Position numbers and translations under genes: made by a program. DNA of 63,969 bases, filler included, from an uncultured Gemmatimonadota bacterium (GTDB taxonomy: Bacteria; Blakebacterota; Blakebacteria; Blakebacterales; Blakebacteraceae): assembly GCA_964576115.1 (NCBI GenBank). It is 3 parts of 3 records of this genome, joined end to end, with 100 filler letters (N's around TTAATTAATTAA, not from the genome) between each part and the next. Parts side by side here need not be neighbours in the genome. Positions count along the whole stretch, not along the records: positions 26,588 to 52,115 come from CAZNUA010000049.1; 2 more parts are not named here. One strand, written 5' to 3'. Below, in pieces: positions 36,858 through 45,731 of this stretch. The stretch's first letter is position 1; each line of letters opens with the position of its first letter. The notes beneath the pieces are model-generated. The model ran no database searches and had not been told where the DNA came from. It saw nothing but the letters and a program-made list of their open reading frames with translations.

Positions 36858-39515
36858 TCACTTCCCCTCTTCGGGCCAGCTGCGGATGATGTCGGGGACC
36901 GCCCCCAGGGCTTCGTCGAGACGATTCCCTTCAGGTCCGCCGGCTTGAGCCATGTGCGGCTTTCCGCCGCCGGTCCCGCCCACGATTTCGGCCACCCGGC
37001 TGACGATCGCGCCGGCCTGCCAGCCGTCGCTGACCAGGTCGTCGCTCACGACACAGAGCAGGACGGCTTTGCCCTGCTGTTCCATACCCAGTACCCCGAT
37101 CCCCCGCCCGATCTTGCTGCGCACACTGTCAGCCAGGGTCCGCAGAGTGCCGATATCGGGCGCTTCGATCCGGCCGCGCACGACTGCAATCCCGTCTACT
37201 TCGACGGCCGCCGAGATCAGATCCTTGACCTGGTCGAGGCCGCGTCGCTGGGCCGCAGCGGCGACGCCTTTGCGCAGGGTGCGGATCTCCTCGAGCAGGT
37301 TCTCGACCGTCTCGCTCAGCTGCCCCTCGCCGCTCCCGGTGAGTTCGCGCAGCCGGTTGAGAGTTTCATGTTCCTGCAGCGAGAGCTCAACGGCCTCGTC
37401 ACCGGTCACCGCCTCGATCCGCCGCACCCCGCTCGAGATGCTGCCCTCGTTCGTGATCCTGAAGAAACCGATGTCACCGGTCCGCCTCACATGGGTGCCG
37501 CCGCAGAGTTCGCTGGCCCACGGCCCCGATTCCACCACCCGGACCACATCGCCGTAGCGGTCGCCGAAGAAAGCCAGGGCGCCCTTCTCGAGAGCTTCGC
37601 TGTAGGGCATCTCACGGGCCGAGACCCGCACATTGGCGCGAATGGCTTCGTTCACCTGCCGCTCGACAGCGGCGATCTCGGCCGGGGTCAGGGCCGTGAA
37701 GTGGGAGAAATCGAAGCGGAGCCGTTCCGGTTCGACCAGCGAACCGGATTGCTGGACGTGATCTCCGAGGATCCGCCGCAGGGCGGCGTGAGCCAGGTGC
37801 GTCGCGGTGTGATTGCGCATGATCCTGTGCCGGCGTTCGGCATCGATGCGGGCGGTGACCCGCGCCGGGGCGACCGTCCCGGCCGCAACCCGTCCCTTGT
37901 GAAAGATCACCTCTCCGAACCGTTTCACCAGTTCCACGGTAAAGGTGAATCCCTTGCCTCTGATTTCGCCGGTATCGGCCACCTGCCCCCCGGCTTCGGC
38001 ATAGAAGGGGGTCTCGGCCAGCACAACCCAGCCCGTCATGCCCTGATCGAGATGGGCCACCTGGTTGAATTCGGCGTCGAAGAGATTGACGATGCGGGTA
38101 GCGGTCTTCCACCGACGCCGGTCGTAGCCGACGAAAGTGCGCCCGCCCTCGGGACGCACGGCGGCTGCGGCCCGTTGTGCCTCTTCTTCGCCGGCACCCT
38201 CCCGCCCGGCTCGATCGGCGCGAGAGCGTTCCTTCTGCTCGGCCAGCGCCTTCTGGAAGTCTTCTATATCAACCGGGAGTCCCCGCTCCTCGGCCATGAC
38301 CTGGGTCAGATCGAGAGGGAATCCGTAGGTGTCATAAAGCAGAAAAGCATCACGTCCCCCAATGGCGATCTCGCCTTCTTCCTCCACCCGAGCGGCGATT
38401 TCCTCGAAGCGCTGGAGCCCCTGATCGAGGGTCTCGCCGAACCGCTCCTCTTCGGTCCGGATCACCAGCTCGACCCGCTCGGCCGCTCCCGACAGCTCGG
38501 GATAGGCCTCGCCGAACATCGATACCACCGTGCCGACAAGCCGGTGGATAAAGGGTTCGCGTACCCCCAGCTTGCGGCCATGCCGGGCGGCCCGGCGCAG
38601 CAGGCGGCGCAGCACGTAGCCCCGGCCGTCATTTGAGGGCACCACGCCGTCGGTAATGGCGAACACCAGCCCGCGGATATGATCGGCCACCACCCGATGA
38701 CTGAGTCCCCCTTCGCCGCGTTCGTAGTCGATTCCGGTCAGGGCGCAGACCTCTTCGATGACCGGGTACATCAGGTCGGTCTCGTAGTTGCCGGGCACTT
38801 CCTGCACGACGCTCGCCAGACGTTCCAGACCCAGCCCGGTGTCGATGCTCGGTCGAGGCAGGGATACCAGTTCACCGGAGGCGAGGGCGTCATACTGCAT
38901 GAAGACCAGGTTCCAGATTTCGAGAAAGCGGTCGCCGTCGGTGGGATCGATGCCGGCCCGGTCCGACCCGGTTGCCGGTGCCAGATCGAAGAGCAGCTCG
39001 GAGCAGGGTCCCTGCGGTCCCGTCTCGCCCATGCTCCAGTAATTGTCTTTGCGGCCCAGACGGTGGATCCGGTCGGGATCGATGTCGGTGGCTTCGATCC
39101 AGGCCTGTTCGGCTTCGTCATCTTCGGCATAGATCGTGACGTAGAGACGATCTTTGGGTAGACCGATCCGATCGCAGATGAATTCCCAGGCGAACGCGGC
39201 CGCTTCGGACTTGAAGTAATCCCCGAAAGAGAAATTGCCCATCATCTCGAAGAAGGTATGGTGCCGCGGCGTGCGGCCGACGTTCTCCAGATCGTTGTGC
39301 TTGCCCGAAACGCGAATACACTTCTGGGCCGAGACGGCCCGGGCGTAAGCCCGCGTTTCCTCACCGGTAAAGACCCGCTTGAACTGATTCATCCCGGCAT
39401 TGGTGAAGAGCAGGGTCGGGTCTTCGGCCGGGACGACAGGACTCGAGGGAACCTCGGTATGGCCCTGTCCGGCGAAGTAGTCGAGGAACGCTCGGCGCAG
39501 TTCGTTTCCCGTCAT
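36858..39515 (-). CDS. alaS: Alanine--tRNA ligase
   Basis: DPTLLFTNAGMNQFK, HHTFFEMMGNFSFGDYFK, NHTATHL, ELCGGTHV, GGGKPHMAQAGG. Confidence 0.98.
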   Translation of the reverse strand: MTGNELRRAFLDYFAGQGHTEVPSSPVVPAEDPTLLFTNAGMNQFKRVFTGEETRAYARAVSAQKCIRVSGKHNDLENVGRTPRHHTFFEMMGNFSFGDYFKSEAAAFAWEFICDRIGLPKDRLYVTIYAEDDEAEQAWIEATDIDPDRIHRLGRKDNYWSMGETGPQGPCSELLFDLAPATGSDRAGIDPTDGDRFLEIWNLVFMQYDALASGELVSLPRPSIDTGLGLERLASVVQEVPGNYETDLMYPVIEEVCALTGIDYERGEGGLSHRVVADHIRGLVFAITDGVVPSNDGRGYVLRRLLRRAARHGRKLGVREPFIHRLVGTVVSMFGEAYPELSGAAERVELVIRTEEERFGETLDQGLQRFEEIAARVEEEGEIAIGGRDAFLLYDTYGFPLDLTQVMAEERGLPVDIEDFQKALAEQKERSRADRAGREGAGEEEAQRAAAAVRPEGGRTFVGYDRRRWKTATRIVNLFDAEFNQVAHLDQGMTGWVVLAETPFYAEAGGQVADTGEIRGKGFTFTVELVKRFGEVIFHKGRVAAGTVAPARVTARIDAERRHRIMRNHTATHLAHAALRRILGDHVQQSGSLVEPERLRFDFSHFTALTPAEIAAVERQVNEAIRANVRVSAREMPYSEALEKGALAFFGDRYGDVVRVVESGPWASELCGGTHVRRTGDIGFFRITNEGSISSGVRRIEAVTGDEAVELSLQEHETLNRLRELTGSGEGQLSETVENLLEEIRTLRKGVAAAAQRRGLDQVKDLISAAVEVDGIAVVRGRIEAPDIGTLRTLADSVRSKIGRGIGVLGMEQQGKAVLLCVVSDDLVSDGWQAGAIVSRVAEIVGGTGGGKPHMAQAGGPEGNRLDEALGAVPDIIRSWPEEGK

Positions 39516-39607
39516 CGGACCTTCCTGATCGTATGCTTCGGCGGGCTGCGGGCCTGCCTTGCGGTCGGATCCGCCTCGCCGTCCTGGCTCTGTGTTCAGG
39601 CTGCTGT

Positions 39608-40294
39608 TTATTCGTCGACCAGCAGCCCGGCCGCCGTCATCTCCTCGACCACGACCCGCACGGCGTCGATAACCGTTGCGACCGGATAGCCGGCCCGGTT
39701 CAGGAGCCCTGCCAGACGCCGGCCCGCCACTTCGGCTCGTAATCCCTCATACCGCCCACTGCGGCGGCGCAGCAGATCCAGGGCTTCGTCGAAGAGAACG
39801 TTACCGGCCTCGATTTCGTTCTTGTACGCCTCGTACGCGGTCGCGTGCGCCAGTTCGGGAGCGATCCCCCGCCGGCGCAAGTCGGCTTCTATCCGGGCCG
39901 GAGCGTGACGCTTGAGGCGGCGCCGCTCCTCGGCGAAGGAGCGCGCCCAGGCCTCGTCATCCAGTGCCCCGTCCCGAACCAGCTGCTCCACGACCGTCTC
40001 CACAACCGGGGGTGCAACATCACCCCTGAGCAGAGCCCGGCGCAACTCCTCTTCTGTCCGGGGCCGCACCGCCAGCAGCCGTCGGGCCCGGGCTCGGGTA
40101 CGTACCAACCGGTCGTGACGAGCGAGAGCATCGAAGCGGTCGGAGTCGATGTGTGAGCCGACCGTCAGCCCTTCCGCTCTGACCAGGTCGACCGGCAGGC
40201 GGAGGCTGGTCCCCTCGGAGAGCCGAACCACGCGCAGGTCAGGCTTCCCGCCTGGCGCGTGCACCGAGACTACTGTGACACTATCGGCGGGCAT
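39608..40294 (-). CDS. recX: Regulatory protein RecX
   Basis: LLAVRPRTEEELRRAL, LDDEAWA, RIEADLRRRGI; directly downstream of recA. Confidence 0.85.
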   Translation of the reverse strand: MPADSVTVVSVHAPGGKPDLRVVRLSEGTSLRLPVDLVRAEGLTVGSHIDSDRFDALARHDRLVRTRARARRLLAVRPRTEEELRRALLRGDVAPPVVETVVEQLVRDGALDDEAWARSFAEERRRLKRHAPARIEADLRRRGIAPELAHATAYEAYKNEIEAGNVLFDEALDLLRRRSGRYEGLRAEVAGRRLAGLLNRAGYPVATVIDAVRVVVEEMTAAGLLVDE

Positions 40295-40322
40295 GGTCTA
40301 GTACCGTGTCACGCGATACGTC

Positions 40323-41429
40323 CTAGGTATCGGAAGCTTCCCGAGCTGCTTCCTGAGCTGCTTCCTGCTCCTGCTCCTCCGCAGCTGCGTCCGCTTCGGC
40401 CCCGGCTTCGGCGGGTGCGGGAGCCAGAGGGGGCATTTCCAGATCATCGCGGACCTGGTTCTCGATCTCGCGGCCGAGGTCGGGATTCTCCTTGAGGAAG
40501 ATCCGCACGTTCTCGCGGCCCTGTCCCAGGCGCTCCTCGCCGAAGGAGTACCAGGTCCCCGCCTTTTCGATGATCCCCAGCTCGAGGGCCATATCGATCA
40601 CTTCCCCCTCGCGGGAGATGCCCTCGTTGTAAATGATGTCGAACTCGGCCTGCTTGAAGGGCGGAGCCACCTTGTTCTTGACCACCTTGACCCGGGTACG
40701 GTTGCCGATGACGTTGGTGCCCTCCTTGACCGCTCCGATCCGGCGGATGTCGAGCCGCACCGAAGAGTAGAACTTGAGCGCCCGACCGCCGGGGGTGGTT
40801 TCGGGATTGCCGAACATCACTCCGATCTTCTCGCGGATCTGGTTGACGAAGAGCAGACAGCATTTCGATTTGCTGACTGCGGCGGTGAGTTTGCGCATGG
40901 CCTGGCTCATCAGGCGGGCCTGCAGACCCACAAAAGAGTCCCCCATCTCGCCGTCGATCTCGGCCTTGGGCACCAGTGCCGCCACCGAGTCGACCACCAC
41001 CAGATCGATGGCGTTCGAACGCACCAGCGTTTCGGCGATATCGAGAGCCTGCTCGCCGGTATCGGGCTGGGATACGAGCAGATCGTCGACGTTGACCCCG
41101 AGCCGTTCGGCGTAGTTGACATCCATGGCGTGTTCGGCGTCGATGAAGGCCGCCGCGCCGTTAGCTTTCTGCGTCTCGGCCGCGATGTGCAGGGCCAGGG
41201 TCGTCTTACCCGAGGATTCGGGCCCGAAGACCTCGAGTACCCGCCCCCTCGGCACACCGCCGATGCCCAGGGCTGCATCGAGTCCGAGACTCCCCGTGCT
41301 GATCGACGGCACCGAGTCGATCCGGTCCTCCCGACCGAGCCGCATGATGGCTCCCTTACCGAACTGTTTCTCGATCTGGGAGACGGCCATCTCGATGGCC
41401 TTTTCCTTGTTCTTGTCCCATGCTGTCAT
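40323..41429 (-). CDS. recA: Recombinase RecA
   Basis: [37 protein letters not shown]. Confidence 0.99.
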   Translation of the reverse strand: MTAWDKNKEKAIEMAVSQIEKQFGKGAIMRLGREDRIDSVPSISTGSLGLDAALGIGGVPRGRVLEVFGPESSGKTTLALHIAAETQKANGAAAFIDAEHAMDVNYAERLGVNVDDLLVSQPDTGEQALDIAETLVRSNAIDLVVVDSVAALVPKAEIDGEMGDSFVGLQARLMSQAMRKLTAAVSKSKCCLLFVNQIREKIGVMFGNPETTPGGRALKFYSSVRLDIRRIGAVKEGTNVIGNRTRVKVVKNKVAPPFKQAEFDIIYNEGISREGEVIDMALELGIIEKAGTWYSFGEERLGQGRENVRIFLKENPDLGREIENQVRDDLEMPPLAPAPAEAGAEADAAAEEQEQEAAQEAAREASDT

Positions 41430-41570
41430 CAGATCTTGTCCTCCCTGCCTCAGCTTCCACCCTTCCCGGTCCGGCTGTAAACGCGCCGGGCCGTCCGGGA
41501 ATCCGGGTCAGCAGCTTTCTCGTCACGGGGGGATCGGGTGGGGGGTGATTGAGAATACCGCCGGTTCCGC

Positions 41571-41627
41571 CGGATCTCAACCTTCATTGCGGATCTCAAC
41601 CTTCGGTACGGGTCTCATACATCGTTG
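41571..41627. repeat. Three direct repeats at 19-bp period upstream of recA
   Basis: CGGATCTCAACCTTC at 41571 and 41590 (identical); CGGGTCTCATACATC at 41609. Confidence 0.75.
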
Positions 41628-41713
41628 CGGGTTTGCCCTGAATCAGGCGTCCCGACCTGTCCTGCAGGCCGCACCCGCCCGGTCCGATTTTCGCCTTTCT
41701 TTTGCTTACCCTA

Positions 41714-42295
41714 TCATCCACGTCCGACATTGTCACGCCCCAATCCGATTTCCACCAGGGGCGAATACGTCGCCCCGTGCCGGCTCAGGACGCTCTGGAA
41801 CAGAATCATCCGTCGGGTGACCCAGTTCTCGAAGGGGATCACCCAGTCGGCCGCAGCGTGTTCGAGCGCTCGCCGCTCTCCCGCCTGTTTGATCCGGCCG
41901 ATAGTCAGGTGAGGGTGAAAAGTCCGCCGCTCCGGTTCGAAACCGATCGGTTCGAGGGCATCATCGAGCCGGGTTTTGAGCGCTGTCGCCTCCTCCCGGC
42001 CGTCGGCGAAGCCGATCCACACTACCCGCGGCCGCCGGAAATCGGGGAAGGCACCAACGCCGTCCAGTGAGGTCAGAAAGGGCTCGACTTCGGCTGCAAC
42101 GCCTGTCATGGCCTCGCCGATCGGCTCGACCTGGCCGGGCTCGATATCGCCGAGAAAAATGCAGGTCAGATGCATCGCCTCGGCCTTGACCCAGCGGATG
42201 CGCCCGGCGCTGTGGGGCACCGACTCGTGCAGCCGGGCCAGGTGCCGGGTGACCTCCTCCGGAACCGGCAGGGCGATGAAGCTCCTGATCCCCAT
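41714..42295 (-). CDS. thpR: RNA 2',3'-cyclic phosphodiesterase (2H family)
   Basis: RSFIAL, HLTCIFLG, PRVVW, FHPHLTIGR. Confidence 0.92.
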   Translation of the reverse strand: MGIRSFIALPVPEEVTRHLARLHESVPHSAGRIRWVKAEAMHLTCIFLGDIEPGQVEPIGEAMTGVAAEVEPFLTSLDGVGAFPDFRRPRVVWIGFADGREEATALKTRLDDALEPIGFEPERRTFHPHLTIGRIKQAGERRALEHAAADWVIPFENWVTRRMILFQSVLSRHGATYSPLVEIGLGRDNVGRG

Positions 42296-42307
42296 CCGTG
42301 CCTCCGC

Positions 42308-43615
42308 TCACTCCCGGGAAGGTGTTTCCCACCCCCCTCGCTGCGGGTCGAGTCCCTCGATCAGACGCCTGAGCAAATCGAGGGCTACGGTTCGGGCCCG
42401 GCTGCGATTGAGCCAGCGGCCGCTGTTCCCAAAGAGATACCGGCGTACGACGACACCGTCGGATCCGGCACCGGCCACGAACGTCAGCCCGACCGGTTTC
42501 CCCGGCCGCTCACCGGTGGGGCCGGCGATCCCGGTCACGGCCAGGGCCCAGTCGGTCCCCGCCCGCTCGCGCGCTCCGGCTGCCATAGCCCGGGCGACGG
42601 GTTTGGAAACCGCCCCCTGGTCAGCAATCAGCTCGGCCGGCACGCCGAGCTCCCCGGTCTTGGCCTCGTCCGAGTAGGTCACCCAGCCGCGCCGGAACCA
42701 GGTCGAAGCTCCCGGCACCCCCGTCAGGGCGGCGGCGATCATCCCTCCCGTGCACGACTCGGCCGTGGCCACGGTCTGGTGTGCAGCGGTAAGGAGGCGG
42801 GCCAGGTGCTCGGGCAGATCGATATTTTCGCGGGCATAGAGATAGGAACCGGCGGCGTGCACGATCCGGGCCTCGGCCTCATCGAGCAGGCGCTCCAGGG
42901 CAACTTCATCCTCTTCCTCTCCGGTCAGGTAGAGGGCCGTGCCCTGCACCGAGGGCAGGTAGGCCAGACGCACGGCCGGAGCCATCGCCTCGAGTCCGCC
43001 GATTCGTTCGAAGAGGTCCGATTCGCCGATTCCGGTGGTGCGGTACCAGCGGCGCCGCACGATCGGGCCTGCTTCGCGGGTTCGACTCAGGAGAGGTTCG
43101 ACCCAGCTCGTCATCAGCGCCTTCATCTCTCCGGGCACGCCCGGCAGAACGAAGAGAAAGCGGTCATCCACGCGACGAAGCATGCCGGGGGCGGTCCCCC
43201 GCGGATTGACGACGGCTTCGAAACCCTCGGGGACCAGGGCCTGATCGAGATTCAACTCCGAGACCTCCCGGCTGCGGGAGGCGAAGAAGTCCCTGACCGC
43301 AGCGACGACTTCTTCGCGGCGGGACAGGGGCGCTTCAAAAAGCTCGGCCAGTGCGGAGGTGGTCCGGTCGTCGGCGGTCGGACCGAGACCACCGCTGACG
43401 ATGACGACCGGAACCTGATCCAGAGCTTCGGCGGTCGCCTGCCGGATCGCGTCGGGATCGTCGCCGACCGAGATCGCCCGGGTGACCCTGATGCCCAGAT
43501 CGGCCAGCCGGCCGGCTATCCAGGCCGTGTTGGTGTCGGCCCGGACCCCGTTGATGAGTTCATCACCGATGGTGATGATCCAGCAGGTATTGTTCGTGTC
43601 CGGTGCGCTCACCAC
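42308..43615 (-). CDS. cinA: CinA family protein (NMN deamidase fusion)
   Basis: IGDEL..G...DTN, SGGLGPTADD, LPGVPGEM, ATAESCTGG, TGIAGP. GTG start at 43615 or 43612. Confidence 0.92.
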   Translation of the reverse strand: MVSAPDTNNTCWIITIGDELINGVRADTNTAWIAGRLADLGIRVTRAISVGDDPDAIRQATAEALDQVPVVIVSGGLGPTADDRTTSALAELFEAPLSRREEVVAAVRDFFASRSREVSELNLDQALVPEGFEAVVNPRGTAPGMLRRVDDRFLFVLPGVPGEMKALMTSWVEPLLSRTREAGPIVRRRWYRTTGIGESDLFERIGGLEAMAPAVRLAYLPSVQGTALYLTGEEEDEVALERLLDEAEARIVHAAGSYLYARENIDLPEHLARLLTAAHQTVATAESCTGGMIAAALTGVPGASTWFRRGWVTYSDEAKTGELGVPAELIADQGAVSKPVARAMAAGARERAGTDWALAVTGIAGPTGERPGKPVGLTFVAGAGSDGVVVRRYLFGNSGRWLNRSRARTVALDLLRRLIEGLDPQRGGWETPSRE

Positions 43616-43631
43616 TGCCGCTCCCTTCCCT

Positions 43632-44105
43632 TCACGCCGCCAGCAGACCCAGCAGCCCCCGCACCACGAGATTGGTGAAGATCCCGGCCACCACATCGTC
43701 GAGCATGACCCCCCAACCGCCCTTCAATCTCTGCGCCCGGTTGGCGGGGAAGGGTTTGAGGATGTCGAAGAGCCGGAAGAGGATGACGGCCGCCACTATC
43801 GCTTCGGTCGTTTTCGGCAGAGCCCAGACAGCCACGGCGAATCCGGCGAATTCATCCCAGACGATCGCTCCGGCGTCGTGGCCCAGCTGCTTCTCGGCCG
43901 CCGTACAGAGGGGGATGCCGACCCCGATCAGGACCGCGGCGGCGATTCCCCCGGCCAGGACCGATATCCCGGGCATACAGCAGTAGACCAGAGCCAGCAC
44001 CAGGGTGGCGATAGTGCCGGGAGCCACCGGAGCGAAGCCCAATCCGAAGCCGCAGGCGATCCAGGTGGGAAAGGTGATGATCCCTTTGAGGGTACGCAGG
44101 CTCAT
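43632..44105 (-). CDS. pgpA: Phosphatidylglycerophosphatase A
   Basis: APGT, HDAGAIVWDEFAG, FRLFDILKPFP, GVMLDDVVAG. Confidence 0.93.
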   Translation of the reverse strand: MSLRTLKGIITFPTWIACGFGLGFAPVAPGTIATLVLALVYCCMPGISVLAGGIAAAVLIGVGIPLCTAAEKQLGHDAGAIVWDEFAGFAVAVWALPKTTEAIVAAVILFRLFDILKPFPANRAQRLKGGWGVMLDDVVAGIFTNLVVRGLLGLLAA

Positions 44106-44731
44106 GCCGCATTCCCTCCTGTTTCCCGCTTTCCCGTCACCGGCATGGTGGCCGCATTCACGGTGAAGTAGCGCACTCCGCTGATCACGGTCAGCACCAG
44201 CGCCGCAGCGAACAGACCCTGTACCAGCCACCAGACGGCGCCCGAGTCGATCCAGGCCCCCGGGAGACCGACCGCCTCGGCCACCCGGGCCGCCGCCTCG
44301 AAGATGAGCACGGCGGCGATGGTGATGATCTGCCAGGTGGTCTTGGCCTTGCCCTCGGCGGCGGTGATCACCTGCTCACCCCTCATCCGGCGGACCGTAC
44401 GCAGGACTGTGATCGCGATCTCCCGCAGGGCGATGAGGTGCACCAGCCAGATCGAGAACCAGCTGCGGGAAGCCCCGATCCCGAGCGCCGCCCAGTAGAA
44501 GGCGCTCAGGACCAGGAGTTTGTCGGCCAGAGGATCGAGGAAGCGGCCCAGATCGCTGTCCGAGCCGTAGCGCCGGGCGATCCAGCCGTCGAGAGTGTCG
44601 GTCAGCCCGGCCACCAGAAAAACGATCCCCGCCGTCACCGCCCCCCCGGCGGTTCCGCGGGTGGCGAACCAGAGAAAAACCGGTATCAGGACGAGCCGGA
44701 AGCAGGTCAGAACGTTCGGGATGGTCCACAT
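44102..44731 (-). CDS. pgsA: CDP-diacylglycerol--glycerol-3-phosphate 3-phosphatidyltransferase
   Basis: IPNVLTCFR, TDTLDGWIAR...GRFLDPLADK, GKAKT. Confidence 0.85.
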   Translation of the reverse strand: MWTIPNVLTCFRLVLIPVFLWFATRGTAGGAVTAGIVFLVAGLTDTLDGWIARRYGSDSDLGRFLDPLADKLLVLSAFYWAALGIGASRSWFSIWLVHLIALREIAITVLRTVRRMRGEQVITAAEGKAKTTWQIITIAAVLIFEAAARVAEAVGLPGAWIDSGAVWWLVQGLFAAALVLTVISGVRYFTVNAATMPVTGKRETGGNAA

Positions 44732-44733
44732 GG

Positions 44734-45342
44734 TCAGTCGTCGAGGGCGACGCGGGCCTGGATGGCGCGGGAGATGGTGTGCTCGTCGGCGTATTCGAGA
44801 TCCCCCCCCATCGGGATCCCGCGGGCCAGACGGGTGACGCGCACACCGAGAGGGCCGACGAGCCGGGCGATATACAGGGCGGTGGTGTCGCCGTCGAGAG
44901 TGGCGGCCACGGCCAGGATCAGTTCGGCGGTTTCCCCTTCACGCAGACGGGCGATCAAGCCGTCGATGGCCAGGTCTTCCGGCCCCACTCCTTCGAGGGG
45001 ATTGATCGCTCCGCCGAGCACGTGGTAGGTGCCCGAATGAATCCCGGTCCGTTCGATCGCCAGCAGATCGGTCGGGGCCTCCACCACACAGATCGTCTCA
45101 TCGGTACGGCGCGGATCGGCACAGATCCCGCAGAGTTCGCCCCGCTCGGCCAGATTGTTACAGCGGGGGCAGAAGGTAATGTCGGCCGCCACCCGCTCGA
45201 GCACTCCGGCCAGCCGGCGGGGGGCTTCATTGCGCGCTTTCAGCAGATGGAAAGTCAGCCGCTGGGCGGTCTTGCGCCCGATACCGGGCAAACGGGTGAA
45301 CTCGTCGATGAGGGCTTCAATACTCTCTGGCAGGGCACTCAT
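44734..45342 (-). CDS. recR: Recombination mediator RecR
   Basis: LPGIGRKTAQRL, C4 finger, YHVLGG, G.PMGGDLEYAD. Confidence 0.96.
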   Translation of the reverse strand: MSALPESIEALIDEFTRLPGIGRKTAQRLTFHLLKARNEAPRRLAGVLERVAADITFCPRCNNLAERGELCGICADPRRTDETICVVEAPTDLLAIERTGIHSGTYHVLGGAINPLEGVGPEDLAIDGLIARLREGETAELILAVAATLDGDTTALYIARLVGPLGVRVTRLARGIPMGGDLEYADEHTISRAIQARVALDD

Positions 45343-45386
45343 GCTACCTCGGTCTCACCGCTGGTGACATCGACCGGTACCGGGGC

Positions 45387-45731
45387 TCAGCGGAACTGCC
45401 CCAGCAGACTGTCCAGATCCAAACCGGGGGGAAGCAGGCCTCCCGCCGCCCCGGCCATGGTTTCCCGGGCTTTGGCTGCGGCCGCTTCGCCGGCACTAGC
45501 CACCGCCGCCACGATCAGATCCTCGAGCATCTCCACATCTCCGTCGGCCAGGGCTTCGGGGTCGATCGAGAGATCCACCAGCTGGCGCTCTCCGTCCACG
45601 ACCGCGCGCACCAGCCCTCCCGCCGCACTCCCTTCGGCCCGCACCTGTTTGAGTTCTTCCTGGGCGCGGGCCATATTCTGCTGGACCTCCTGGATCTTCT
45701 TCAGGAAGCCGGGATCAAATGGATTGGCCAT
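45387..45731 (-). CDS. ybaB: YbaB/EbfC nucleoid-associated protein
   Basis: EGSAAGGLV, IDPE, EMLEDLIVAAV; between dnaX and recR. Confidence 0.92.
   Translation of the reverse strand: MANPFDPGFLKKIQEVQQNMARAQEELKQVRAEGSAAGGLVRAVVDGERQLVDLSIDPEALADGDVEMLEDLIVAAVASAGEAAAAKARETMAGAAGGLLPPGLDLDSLLGQFR

Noticed and set aside
33156-38636. Long plus-strand ORFs (33156-35354, 36768-38636) and similar ones at 26532-28214, 42170-43678, 48768-50465
   Set aside because: Antisense shadows of well-supported genes, common in GC-rich DNA.
40335-40420. Short repeats in the recA 3' end and the dnaX linker
   Set aside because: Ordinary low-complexity Ala/Glu or Pro-rich coding tails.
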